From Gammaproteobacteria bacterium (GTDB lineage: Bacteria > Pseudomonadota > Gammaproteobacteria > DRLM01), in NCBI GenBank assembly GCA_919903055.1, contig CAKKSB010000002.1:1-48370 (forward strand): 48,370 bases of DNA, in the 5' to 3' direction. The notes under the pieces are model-generated. The model searched no databases. It was not told the origin of the DNA and saw only the letters and a program-made list of their open reading frames with translations. How positions within the stretch are numbered: position 1 is the first letter of the stretch; the number at the start of each line of letters is the position of its first letter. Shown in pieces: positions 1 through 9,477 of the stretch. The position numbers were made by a program, and so were the translations under genes.

Positions 1-1916
1 CCCTGGATTTTCCCGGCACCACCAGCAACCTCGCTAAGAAAACCCATGCGGTGGGCATAGGCGCGGTGACCGGCATCGCCGCCGTACAAGGCAAGAACCG
101 CACCCGGGTGGTGGTCGATCTGGTCAAGAAAGTGCCTTACCAGACGCGCATCGAAGGCAATCATTTTTATATCACCATCGAAAGCGGTGAAGCGGTGGCG
201 GCCAGTCCCAGTCCGTCCGCATTAGGCAGTGTCGCTAGCGCGCCCCCCGCGCCGGGCCAGGCCGGCTTCCGCATCGACAACGTGGATTTCCGCCGGGGCG
301 AAAAAGGCGAGGCGCGCATCATGATCTCGTTGTCCGACGCGGCCGCGCCGGTCAACGTCCGTGAACAAGGCGGCAAGCTGGTGCTGGATTTCGCCGGCAC
401 CGCGCTGCCCAAGGAACTGGAACGGCGCCTCGACGTAGTGGACTTCGCCACGCCGGTGAGCATGATCGACGCCTTCAGCGTAGGCCACGACGCGCGTCTG
501 GTAATCAGCGCTTCGGGCATGTTTGAACACCTGGCGTATCAGACCGACCGCCAGTTCACCTTGGAAGTGAAGCCAGTCACCAAGACCGCGCAGGAACAGA
601 AGAAGAAAGAAGAGCAGGGCTACACCGGCGAGAAACTGTCGCTCAATTTCCAAGACATCGAAGTGCGCGCCGCACTGCAAATCATCGCCGATTTCACCGG
701 CTTGAACATCGTGGTGAGCGACACCGTGCAAGGTGCAATCAGCCTGCGTTTGAAAGACGTGCCGTGGGATCAGGCCATGGACATCATTTTGCGCAGCAAA
801 GCGCTCGCCATGCGCAAGAACGGCAATGTGATCCTGGTGGCGCCCGGCGCGGAAATCGCCGCGCGCGAAAAAGAGGATTTGGAGTCGCAAAAACAAATCA
901 CCGAGTTGGAGCCCTTGCGTTCCGAGCTGGTGCAAATCAATTACGCAAAGGCGTCCGATTTCGCCGTGCTGATCCGCTCCAAGGAAAGTTCTTTATTGTC
1001 CGAGCGCGGCAACGTCACTATCGACGACCGCACCAATTCGCTGCTCATTCAGGACACCGCCGGCCGTCTCGCCGAGATCCGTAAAGTGGTTACCGATCTG
1101 GATATTCCGGTGCGGCAGGTGCTCATCGAGGCGCGCATCGTGGTCGCCAACGACGATTACAGCCGTGAGCTGGGCGTGCGTTTCGGGGCGACCAGCATCC
1201 AGAAGAACGGCGACAGCGGCGTGATCAGCGTCACCGGCTCGGCGGAGGGCAACAACACCGTGGTGGGAAGCGCATTGGACAATCTCGCCACCACCGGCCA
1301 GGTCTTTCCCGTGACCGCTCCCAGCCTGACCGACCGGTTGGGCGTGAATCTGCCGGTGGTCTCGCCCGCCGGCCGCATCGGCCTGGCCCTGCTCGGCCAG
1401 GATTACCTGGTGGATCTCGAATTGTCCGCCCTGCAGGCCGAAGGGCGCGGTGAGGTGGTCTCCAATCCGCGGGTGATCACCGCCAACCAAAAAGAAGCCC
1501 TCATCGAGCAGGGCGTGGAGATTCCCTATCAGCAAGCCAGCTCCAGCGGCGCCACCTCGGTGTCCTTCAAAAAAGCGGTATTGGGTTTGAAGGTCAAACC
1601 GCAAATCACCCCCGATGATCGGGTTATCATGGACCTTAACGTGACCAAAGACACCGTGGGCCAGGTATTCGGCGGTGTGCCCAGTATCAACACCCGCGAA
1701 ATCAACACCCAGGTGCTGGTGGAAAACGGCGAAACCGTGGTGCTCGGCGGCATCTATGAGCAGACCCGCAGTAACTCGGTAAGCAAAGTGCCGTTATTGG
1801 GCGATCTGCCGGTGCTGGGCGCCTTGTTCCGTAAAACCACTAATTTAGATAACAAGGTGGAACTGTTGATTTTCATTACGCCGAAAATTTTGAAGGAAGG
1901 CCTGGGCGGACGTTGA
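1..1916 (+). CDS. pilQ: Type IV pilus secretin PilQ, 5'-truncated by the window edge
   Basis: Frame +3 is open from nt 3 and the translation begins mid-protein (LDFPGTTSNLAKK...). Two AMIN-like repeats are present (TRVVVDL...; GKLVLDFAGTALPKEL). The secretin C-terminal core follows (VPLLGDLPVLGALFR...VELLIFITPKIL). aroK and aroB lie downstream. Confidence 0.93.
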   Translation, partial: LDFPGTTSNLAKKTHAVGIGAVTGIAAVQGKNRTRVVVDLVKKVPYQTRIEGNHFYITIESGEAVAASPSPSALGSVASAPPAPGQAGFRIDNVDFRRGEKGEARIMISLSDAAAPVNVREQGGKLVLDFAGTALPKELERRLDVVDFATPVSMIDAFSVGHDARLVISASGMFEHLAYQTDRQFTLEVKPVTKTAQEQKKKEEQGYTGEKLSLNFQDIEVRAALQIIADFTGLNIVVSDTVQGAISLRLKDVPWDQAMDIILRSKALAMRKNGNVILVAPGAEIAAREKEDLESQKQITELEPLRSELVQINYAKASDFAVLIRSKESSLLSERGNVTIDDRTNSLLIQDTAGRLAEIRKVVTDLDIPVRQVLIEARIVVANDDYSRELGVRFGATSIQKNGDSGVISVTGSAEGNNTVVGSALDNLATTGQVFPVTAPSLTDRLGVNLPVVSPAGRIGLALLGQDYLVDLELSALQAEGRGEVVSNPRVITANQKEALIEQGVEIPYQQASSSGATSVSFKKAVLGLKVKPQITPDDRVIMDLNVTKDTVGQVFGGVPSINTREINTQVLVENGETVVLGGIYEQTRSNSVSKVPLLGDLPVLGALFRKTTNLDNKVELLIFITPKILKEGLGGR

Positions 1917-2028
1917 GCGGGCTAGGTAAACTTAGCGAGGCAATGAGGCCGATGTATAAAATTATTGAGGCGGCGGATTACCCGGACGTGCACGAGTTGC
2001 CAGCGTCCTTCGCTGCTGGAGGTCAGGT

Positions 2029-4158
2029 ATGCTGAACATGATAAGAATGACAGGGTTGTGTTTGCTGATCGCGGCCTTGAGCGCCTGCGGCGGCGGGGAT
2101 GGGTTTAGCGGCGGCACTGATCCCGATACCGGTGGCGGCAGCCCGCCACCCACCACGGCTCCCGGCGTGGCCTCTTCCTCCCTGGTCTTGCTGGTGAGCA
2201 GTCCCCAAATGGCTTCTGACGGCTCCAATACGGTGTCTTTGACCGCCTTGGTGCGCGACGCGAACAACAACTTCGTACCTGACGCCGATATTACATTCGC
2301 CGCGACCTCGGGCGGCGTCAAGGTGCTCGAGGGCACTACCGATGAGGACGGCAAAGCGACCGCGCAATTGACCACTGGCGGGGATCCCACCAATCGTACT
2401 ATTACCGTGACGGCGGCCGAAGCGGCCAGTGGTTTGACGGCGACTCAACTTATATCGGTTACCGGAACTCAAATCACCATCACCGGCACCAAGAACTTAA
2501 ATGTCAGCGGGTCGACGGTCTTAACAATATTTGTGGCCGATTCCGGTGGCAACGGCATTCCATTTAAAACCGTTACCTTGAGCTCCAACTTGGGCAATAC
2601 CTTCAGCGCGACGACGTTGACCACCAACGCGGCCGGCACGGTGACGGCGACCGTCACCGCCGCGGTCGCCGGCACCGATGCGATCACCGCCACGGCCTTG
2701 GGTACAACGGGCTCGTTTAGTTTAGTGGTGGCGGCGCCGGGTTCGGTGAGTTACGGCTTTACCACGCCCGCCACCACCGAACCGGCGATAGGCTCCAGCC
2801 TGGCCCTGCAGGTGTGCTGGACGGATGGTGGTACGCCGCAGGTTGGGCAAAGTATCAGTTTGGCGAGTACGCGGGGCAAGCTACTATCGACCGGTAGTCC
2901 CGGTAGTTCATATGCCAACTTGACGACGGGTGCCGACGGTTGCGTGTCGGACAGTATTTCGTCGAATATCGCCGGCGCGGCCGCGTTGACGGCGGTCACC
3001 AGTGGCGGGCTCACCGCGGTACTGGATTTGGAGTTCGTCGCCACGACCCCGGCTAGCTTGAAGTTGCAGGCCAGCCCGTCGGTGATAAGTGCGGGACAAA
3101 AGAGCACTGTGACCGCTACCGTGCGCGATGCCAACAACAATTTAGTTAAGAATAAAACGGTCTATTTCTCCATCACTACTGATCCGACGTCCGGCACTCT
3201 TTCGCCGCCCTCGGGAGTGACCAATAGCTTTGGGCAGGCCAGCACGATATACACTGCGGGCGGCACCAGCAGCGGGCGCAATGAGGTGGCCTTAAGCGCC
3301 GTGGTGGATGGCACCACTGTGTCGGGTACCGCCGTTCTGACCACGACCAGCAGGGCACTCCATGTGGCCTTGGGCACGGGCAATCAGATGTCGAATTATT
3401 CGGACACGGTTTATAGCCTGCCCTATGCGGCCATCGTCACCAACTCCGCCGGTGCGCCCGTGGCTAATCAGACGGTGGCCTTGACTATCTGGTCCTACCG
3501 GTACAAGAAAGGCCAGCACTACGCTACATTCAATCTCGACGGGTCTTTCTTGGCTTGGGACAATGACCCGGGACTGGACGTCTTGCCGGCGGGCACGGCG
3601 CCCGATGGGACACTCGATACCGGTATTGTCGCGACCTGCGATAATGAAGATAGAGATACCAACGGGATTTTTAATGCTCCAGAAGACTTAAACAGTAACA
3701 GTGTTCTTGATACGGAGGATACTAATGGGAATGGAATCCTTGATACCGGTGAAGACATTAACGGCAATGGCAAGCTCGATTTCGAAGACAGAAACGGTAA
3801 TGGAGTCCTTGATATGACGGGGCCGGACGTTGATGTGAACGGCAACGGCCGGTTGGACCCAGGTAATATCGCGACCATCGGCGGACAGACCACCACCTTG
3901 GTGACCACCAACAGTGACGGCGTCGCCGCCTTCCAGGTGCTCTATCCGGAAGAATACGCTTACTGGCTGGAAGTGGAGATGGAGGCGCGGGTTACCGTCG
4001 ACGGCACCGAGGATGTGACTCAAGTACGTTTCATCCTGCCGGGTGTCGCCGATGATTTTACTGACGAGAACAAGGCTCCGCCGGGCGCCACCAGCCCCTT
4101 CGGCCGCGGTTATGATCAGGCGACGGATACGGCGCAGGGTTGTAGCGTCGATGAGTAA
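2029..4158 (+). CDS. Lipoprotein with about four Big_1-type bacterial Ig-like domains and a block of DxNGNGxLD calcium-binding loops
   Basis: ATG is preceded by GGAGG at 2016-2020. Signal peptide with lipobox (LLIAALSAC-GGG). Repeated Ig-like modules (e.g. TVSLTALVRDANNNFVPDADITF...; STVTATVRDANNNLVKNKTVYF...). Tandem loops DTNGNGILD/DINGNGKLD/DRNGNGVLD/DVNGNGRLD. A hairpin follows the stop codon. Confidence 0.8.
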   Translation: MLNMIRMTGLCLLIAALSACGGGDGFSGGTDPDTGGGSPPPTTAPGVASSSLVLLVSSPQMASDGSNTVSLTALVRDANNNFVPDADITFAATSGGVKVLEGTTDEDGKATAQLTTGGDPTNRTITVTAAEAASGLTATQLISVTGTQITITGTKNLNVSGSTVLTIFVADSGGNGIPFKTVTLSSNLGNTFSATTLTTNAAGTVTATVTAAVAGTDAITATALGTTGSFSLVVAAPGSVSYGFTTPATTEPAIGSSLALQVCWTDGGTPQVGQSISLASTRGKLLSTGSPGSSYANLTTGADGCVSDSISSNIAGAAALTAVTSGGLTAVLDLEFVATTPASLKLQASPSVISAGQKSTVTATVRDANNNLVKNKTVYFSITTDPTSGTLSPPSGVTNSFGQASTIYTAGGTSSGRNEVALSAVVDGTTVSGTAVLTTTSRALHVALGTGNQMSNYSDTVYSLPYAAIVTNSAGAPVANQTVALTIWSYRYKKGQHYATFNLDGSFLAWDNDPGLDVLPAGTAPDGTLDTGIVATCDNEDRDTNGIFNAPEDLNSNSVLDTEDTNGNGILDTGEDINGNGKLDFEDRNGNGVLDMTGPDVDVNGNGRLDPGNIATIGGQTTTLVTTNSDGVAAFQVLYPEEYAYWLEVEMEARVTVDGTEDVTQVRFILPGVADDFTDENKAPPGATSPFGRGYDQATDTAQGCSVDE

Positions 4159-4188
4159 CCAACTCACTGCATAATGATGGCAAGAGTA

Positions 4189-4216
4189 AGAGGGGGCATC
4201 GCCCCCTCTTTAGTTT
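4189..4216 (+). terminator. GC-rich hairpin (aagagggggc-atc-gccccctctt) followed by a T-rich tail, downstream of the Ig-like lipoprotein gene
   Basis: A perfect 10-bp stem with a 3-nt loop was read directly. It is followed by tagttt. A second small hairpin (agacagc...gctgtct) lies at 4227-4246. Confidence 0.5.
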
Positions 4217-4284
4217 AGAGTTTTAAAGACAGCTGAAGCGCTGTCTGCCATCTTTTCGGCTTTACTTGCTACACCCCCATCGGC

Positions 4285-4833
4285 TTGGCGTACCATTGTA
4301 CCGTGAACACTCCCCGCAATATCTTCCTCATCGGTCTCATGGGCGCCGGCAAGTCCACCATCGGGCGGCAGTTGGCCAAGGAGTTGGGCTGGCCCTTCGT
4401 CGACAGCGATCACGAGATCGAGGCGCGCACCGGGGCGAGTATTCCGTTGATCTTCGATGTGGAGGGCGAGGCAGGGTTTCGTCTGCGGGAAAAGAAGGTG
4501 ATCGACGAACTGACCCAGCGCGAGCGCCTGGTGCTGGCTACCGGCGGCGGCGTGGTGCTGGATCCGGAAAACCGCGCTCATCTGGCGACGCGCGGGACGG
4601 TGGTGTATCTCTCCGCGACGGCGGATCAGCTCTTCGCCCGCACCGCCAAGGACCGCAACCGTCCGCTGCTGCAAATCGCCGATCCGCGTGCCAAACTGGA
4701 AAGCCTATTGGAAATTCGCGATCCTCTTTATCGCGAAATCGCCGATCTGGTGGTGGATACCGGCAAACGCTCGGTGCGCACCGCTGAACGGGAAATCCTT
4801 GCTAAAATGCGCGAGTGCGGCCTGGCGGATTGA
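4285..4833 (+). CDS. aroK: Shikimate kinase I
   Basis: [35 protein letters not shown] with Walker A. It sits upstream of aroB. The ORF-track start is TTG at 4285. An in-frame GTG at 4303 ([11 protein letters not shown]) is at least as plausible. Confidence 0.93.
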   Translation: MAYHCTVNTPRNIFLIGLMGAGKSTIGRQLAKELGWPFVDSDHEIEARTGASIPLIFDVEGEAGFRLREKKVIDELTQRERLVLATGGGVVLDPENRAHLATRGTVVYLSATADQLFARTAKDRNRPLLQIADPRAKLESLLEIRDPLYREIADLVVDTGKRSVRTAEREILAKMRECGLAD

Positions 4834-5029
4834 AGCGTTGAAAATTCACTGGGCCGCAAGCTCGGCCGCCCGATCGAATTTTATACATGGCGACAGAAGT
4901 AGCGCACGACCAACGTGGTTCCGCGCGCGCAGCGCACGCTACGATTTATGTCCTTGCGTATAGACTCGAAGAAAAACGCTTGGCGCGCTGCCGGTTCGAT
5001 AGACTCAAACAAGTATTACTCGCGAGTGG

Positions 5030-6121
5030 GTGATGAGCATTAAAACTTTAAACGTAGCGCTGGGCGAACGCAGTTACCCTATTCATATCGGCGCCGGTCT
5101 GCTCGGCCGGCCCGAGCTGGTGAAGCCGCATGTGGCGGGGCGCCAAGTATTGATCGTGAGCAATGAGACGGTGGCGCCGCTTTATCTGGCGCGTGCGCGC
5201 GCTTTGTTCGAAGGCTTCGACTGCGCCGAAGTCATTTTGCCCGACGGCGAGCAATATAAAACCCTCGACGTGCTCAATCGCATCTTCGACGTGCTGCTGG
5301 AAAAACGCTATGACCGGCGCGTCACCCTGGTGGCGCTCGGCGGCGGGGTGGTGGGCGACATGACCGGTTTCGCCGCTGCGTGTTATCAACGGGGTGTGCC
5401 CTTCATTCAAATTCCCACGACTTTGCTGGCGCAGGTCGATTCCTCGGTGGGCGGCAAGACCGGTGTGAATCATCCCCTCGGCAAAAACATGATCGGCGCC
5501 TTTCACCAGCCGCGCTGCGTGTTGATCGACACCGCGACGCTGGACACGCTACCCGACAATGAATTGAGCGCCGGCCTCGCCGAGGTCATCAAATACGGCT
5601 TGATCCGCGACCCGGCTTTTTTCACGTGGCTTGAAAATAATGTCGGCGTTCTGCTGGCCCGTGATAAAACCGCGCTGGCCGAGGCCATCGAACGTTCCTG
5701 CCGCAACAAGGCCGAGGTGGTGACCGCTGACGAGCACGAAGGCGGCGTGCGTGCCCTGCTCAATCTCGGCCACACCTTCGGCCACGCCATCGAAACCGGC
5801 CTGGGTTACGGCAGGTGGTTGCACGGCGAGGGGGTGGCCGCCGGCATGCTGATGGCCGCCGGGCTTTCCGCCCGCTTGGGCTGGTTGAATAATGCGGAAG
5901 TCGAGCGCATCGAGACGTTGCTGTCGCGGGCTCGGCTGCCGGTGCGCGGCCCGCGCGAATTGTCCACTGAGCGCATGCTCGAACTGATGGCGGTGGACAA
6001 AAAGGCCCAGGACGGCCGGATTCGGCTGGTGCTTTTACGCGCCCTCGGCGAAGCCGTCATCACGGCGGACTACGCACCGGCGCTGTTACGTGAGATCATC
6101 GACGACTACCGGGCCGCATAA
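5030..6121 (+). CDS. aroB: 3-dehydroquinate synthase
   Basis: 363 aa. Motifs [46 protein letters not shown] and [12 protein letters not shown]. The start is GTG 5030 or the adjacent ATG 5033. Confidence 0.95.
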   Translation: MMSIKTLNVALGERSYPIHIGAGLLGRPELVKPHVAGRQVLIVSNETVAPLYLARARALFEGFDCAEVILPDGEQYKTLDVLNRIFDVLLEKRYDRRVTLVALGGGVVGDMTGFAAACYQRGVPFIQIPTTLLAQVDSSVGGKTGVNHPLGKNMIGAFHQPRCVLIDTATLDTLPDNELSAGLAEVIKYGLIRDPAFFTWLENNVGVLLARDKTALAEAIERSCRNKAEVVTADEHEGGVRALLNLGHTFGHAIETGLGYGRWLHGEGVAAGMLMAAGLSARLGWLNNAEVERIETLLSRARLPVRGPRELSTERMLELMAVDKKAQDGRIRLVLLRALGEAVITADYAPALLREIIDDYRAA

Positions 6122-6142
6122 AGGCAGACTTAACTCAAGAAT

Positions 6143-7318
6143 ATGAACAGTGACGCGCGTCACCATGAACTCCATCTCGCTCCTTATGCCGCGACGGTAG
6201 CCCGTTCCCGCGGCCGTCACCACGCCGAACCGGCGCCGACCTATCGCAGCGAATACCAGCGCGACCGCGACCGTATCATCCACTCCGGGGCCTTCCGCCG
6301 TTTGGAATACAAGACCCAGGTCTTCGTCAATCACGAAGGCGACATGTTTCGCACCCGTCTCACCCATTCGGTCGAAGTGGCCCAGATCGGCCGCACCATC
6401 GCCCGCACCCTGCGGCTCAATGAAGATCTCACCGAGGCCATCGCCCTCGCCCACGACCTCGGCCACACCCCGTTCGGCCACGCCGGCCAGGACGCGCTCA
6501 ATCACTGCATGAAAGAGTTCGGCGGTTTCGAACACAATCTCCAGTCGTTGCGAGTGGTGGATAAATTGGAGGAGCGTTACGCGGAATTCAGCGGACTCAA
6601 TCTCAGCTTCGAGACCCGCGAAGGTATTTTAAAACATTGCGCCTTGAGCAAGGCCATCGAGCTCGGCGACATCGGCGAGCGGTTTCTCAATAAACAGCAG
6701 CCGGGGCTCGAGGCCCAACTTGCCAACGTCGCCGACGAGATTGCCTACAATAATCACGACGTGGACGACGGCCTGCGCGCCGGCCTGATCAGTCTGGAGC
6801 AGTTGCGCGAGATACAGTTGTTCCATGACCAGTACGAGGCGGTCAAACGCGCCTATCCCGACTTGCCGCAGCGCCGCACCATTCACGAGGTGATCCGGCG
6901 CATGATCAATATTCAAGTCACCGACTTGGTGGAGTCCAGTCGTCAGCGATTGTCGGCCGCGGCTCCCTCCGACATCGACGCGGTGCGTGCGGGGCCGGCG
7001 CCTTTGATCGGTTTCAGCGACGACATGCGCGAACAGAATCTCGAGCTGAAACGCTTTCTGCGTAAACACCTGTATCAGCATTACCGGGTGCGGCGCATGA
7101 GCGCCAAGGCGCAGCGGGTGATCCGCGCCTTGTTCGAGGTCTTCATGGAAGATGGGCTGCTGCTACCGCCGGAGTACGCGCTGCACAGCGCGCGCCTGCG
7201 CGACAAACACGGCGAGGCGGGCCACGCCCGCGCCTGCGCCGATTACATCGCCGGCATGACCGACCGCTACGCCATCGCCGAATACGAGCGGGTACTCAAT
7301 CCCGCGCATTTGACGTAA
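6143..7318 (+). CDS. dGTPase-like deoxynucleoside triphosphate triphosphohydrolase (HD domain)
   Basis: [24 protein letters not shown] at the N-terminus. HD signature [13 protein letters not shown]...[12 protein letters not shown]. 391 aa. Confidence 0.88.
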   Translation: MNSDARHHELHLAPYAATVARSRGRHHAEPAPTYRSEYQRDRDRIIHSGAFRRLEYKTQVFVNHEGDMFRTRLTHSVEVAQIGRTIARTLRLNEDLTEAIALAHDLGHTPFGHAGQDALNHCMKEFGGFEHNLQSLRVVDKLEERYAEFSGLNLSFETREGILKHCALSKAIELGDIGERFLNKQQPGLEAQLANVADEIAYNNHDVDDGLRAGLISLEQLREIQLFHDQYEAVKRAYPDLPQRRTIHEVIRRMINIQVTDLVESSRQRLSAAAPSDIDAVRAGPAPLIGFSDDMREQNLELKRFLRKHLYQHYRVRRMSAKAQRVIRALFEVFMEDGLLLPPEYALHSARLRDKHGEAGHARACADYIAGMTDRYAIAEYERVLNPAHLT

Positions 7319-7350
7319 CATGCCGCGAAGCGTGAGCGGACACGGGCTGT

Positions 7351-7611
7351 ATGCGTATTTATCTACAAATGCCGGCGAATGAAGGCAATCCGCCGCGTTA
7401 TCACCAATTCGTGTTGCAAGAAGATTTATTGGGCGGTTGGACACTGATCAAGGAATCGGGACGGCAGGACGGCGGCGGACGGATCAAGCGTGAATATTAC
7501 GTCAGCCGCGATGAGGCGGAGCGCGCTTTGACCAAGGCCCGCGATGCCCAGGTGGCGCGCGGTTATCAAGTGGTGTTCGTGCAAGGCGAACGCCCGGCCC
7601 AGAGCCGCTGA
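7351..7611 (+). CDS. Small WGR-domain protein
   Basis: 86 aa. The pattern RYHQFVLQEDLLGGWTLIKESGRQDGGGRIKREYYVSRDEAERAL...ARGYQVV matches the WGR fold layout (DLFGGW..l..WGRIG...A...K..KGY). The WGR tryptophan is replaced (ESGR). Confidence 0.6.
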   Translation: MRIYLQMPANEGNPPRYHQFVLQEDLLGGWTLIKESGRQDGGGRIKREYYVSRDEAERALTKARDAQVARGYQVVFVQGERPAQSR

Positions 7612-7687
7612 TGAGCCGGCCGGTAAAGCCATCTCCGCCGCGGGTCCCGACCCGTTTTAAAAAGCGGCATCACAGCGAGGTGAGGAT

Positions 7688-9283
7688 ATGACGTCGGAAC
7701 AAGACGGTTTGCTGCACGATGATGTGACGCCGCATGTCGCGCGGCTGGGTTTGCTCAGCGAACCTTTCACGGGCGCCGACGACGGCCAGCACTTTTTCTA
7801 CGCCGACGCCGGCCGCGAACAACGCCTGGATCTCATGCAGCATCTCGCGCCTTACAGCGAGCTGCTGGTCGTCATAGGCGTACCCGGCGCGGGCAAGACC
7901 ACACTTGTACAGCAGTTCGTGGCGCGCGCCAGCGAGATCTGGCGCATGGCGGTGGTGACCGCTCAGCCCGGCATGGGCCGCGATGAATTCATGGCCCATG
8001 TAATGGAAGGTTTCGGCCTGTCCGGCGACGCGCACTCTTCTGCCGATGCCCAACGCGTGATTCTGGTCACTCATCTGCGTGCCCTGCGCCAAAGCGCGCA
8101 AGTGCCCATGCTGCTGGTGGATGACGCTCATCAGCTCAATGCCGAGGTCTTGGAACTGATACTCGCCTTGGTTGAGGAAAACGACGCCGGCCACCTGTTG
8201 TCGGTGATGTTGTTCGGTAATCCCGCCTTGCAGTCCAATCTGGCGGCCCCCGCCCTCGCCGCGCTGCAAAGCCGTATCGCCCACAGCTTCGACATTCCGC
8301 CTCTCAACGAACAGGAGACCGCCCGTTACATCCGCCACCGCATGCGCGCCGCCGGCGCTCAGGACGACGGGCCGTTCAATCCGGTGGTGACCGCTAAAAT
8401 TCACGACGCCTCCGGCGGCATTCCCTCCGCCATCAATGAAATGGCGCATCATTTTTTATCCGACGCGCCGGGCCTCATGTCCGAGGAACGCGGCCGATCG
8501 CCCGGCCCGCAGCGCGTCATTTCCGGAGCGAAAACCGGCATCGACAAACGCTGGATCGCCGTCGCGGTGGCGAGTGTGGCGGTGGTAGCTGTGCTGCTGG
8601 CCGGACGCTTCGGCGGCGGCGACGACAGCGGCGTCGGCAAGTCGGCTGACACCACCGCTACGGTGCTGCCGCTGCCGCTGCCGGCGCCGGGCGATAACGA
8701 TGCGGCCGAATCGCGCGTGTTGCGAGATGGCAGCGAATTGGCCTTGGATGAGACGCCCACGGACGCCGCGGAGCTGACCGATCCGTTGTCCGAGCCGGCA
8801 GCGCCGGTGGTCGTCCCCCCGCCTGTGCCGGAGCCCTTGCCTGAGGTAGCGGTCGAGCCGGCACCGGTTCCGCCGCCCGCCCCCGCTGCTCCGGTCAAGC
8901 CGGCGCCAGTCATATCGACACCCGCTAAAATCATACCGCGGCAGCAAGCCGCCGCCCCCGCGCCGGCTCCCGCCACTTCTTCGGAAACTATCAAACGCGA
9001 AGCCTGGCTGCGCGAGCAGCCGCCTGCCAATGTCACCTTGCAATTGATGGCGCTTAAAGACGAAAACGAGGTGCGCCGCGCCATCCAGCAGCACAAATTG
9101 CAGGATCAAGCCGCTTATTTCACCGTCCAGCGCAACGGCCAGACGCTTTATGCGCTGGTATATGGGACATATTCCTCGCGAGAGCAAGCCGCGCGCGCCG
9201 CTGAAAAATTACCGGCGGGTCTGGTGTCCGGCCAGCCGTGGGTGCGTACCTTCAAGAGTATTCACGACGATATCCGCCAATAA
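7688..9283 (+). CDS. ExeA-type AAA ATPase fused to a TM segment, a Pro/Ala-rich linker and a C-terminal SPOR domain (DamX-position protein)
   Basis: Good SD (gaggtgagg) before the ATG. P-loop VIGVPGAGKTTL. TM segment WIAVAVASVAVVAVLLA. SPOR-like end NVTLQLMALKDENEV...LYALVYGTYSSREQAARAAEKLP. It lies between aroB and gltB, as in Pseudomonas-type synteny. Confidence 0.85.
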   Translation: MTSEQDGLLHDDVTPHVARLGLLSEPFTGADDGQHFFYADAGREQRLDLMQHLAPYSELLVVIGVPGAGKTTLVQQFVARASEIWRMAVVTAQPGMGRDEFMAHVMEGFGLSGDAHSSADAQRVILVTHLRALRQSAQVPMLLVDDAHQLNAEVLELILALVEENDAGHLLSVMLFGNPALQSNLAAPALAALQSRIAHSFDIPPLNEQETARYIRHRMRAAGAQDDGPFNPVVTAKIHDASGGIPSAINEMAHHFLSDAPGLMSEERGRSPGPQRVISGAKTGIDKRWIAVAVASVAVVAVLLAGRFGGGDDSGVGKSADTTATVLPLPLPAPGDNDAAESRVLRDGSELALDETPTDAAELTDPLSEPAAPVVVPPPVPEPLPEVAVEPAPVPPPAPAAPVKPAPVISTPAKIIPRQQAAAPAPAPATSSETIKREAWLREQPPANVTLQLMALKDENEVRRAIQQHKLQDQAAYFTVQRNGQTLYALVYGTYSSREQAARAAEKLPAGLVSGQPWVRTFKSIHDDIRQ

Positions 9284-9477
9284 TCCCACCCGGCGGGCCG
9301 CCGATCAGCGGAAGCCCCGCCGGGATGGAGCACTTTTGCCGGCATTGCGTTGAAATGCCGGGCCCCACACTTGTATACTCCTGTCCCATTTCGCCTCCGG
9401 CGGGGATGGGTTCGCGCGCCCTTTACCTTTAGGGCATGCTATGAAATCGGTCAGCTAGCGAGACAGGCGAAAAAAGA

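Noticed and set aside
4958-5010. Direct repeat tatagactcgaa / gatagactcaaa in the 196-nt aroK-aroB spacer
   Set aside because: It is only about 11 nt, imperfect, and not seen elsewhere in the window. This is insufficient to call a regulatory site.
9289-9379. Two GC-rich hairpins after the DamX-like gene (9289-9324 and 9339-9361) and a TTGAAA-N18-TATACT promoter-like pair (9350-9379) upstream of gltB
   Set aside because: The hairpins lack a U-tract. The -35 candidate sits inside the second hairpin and the spacer is 18 nt. This is plausible but not supportable without 5'/3'-end data.
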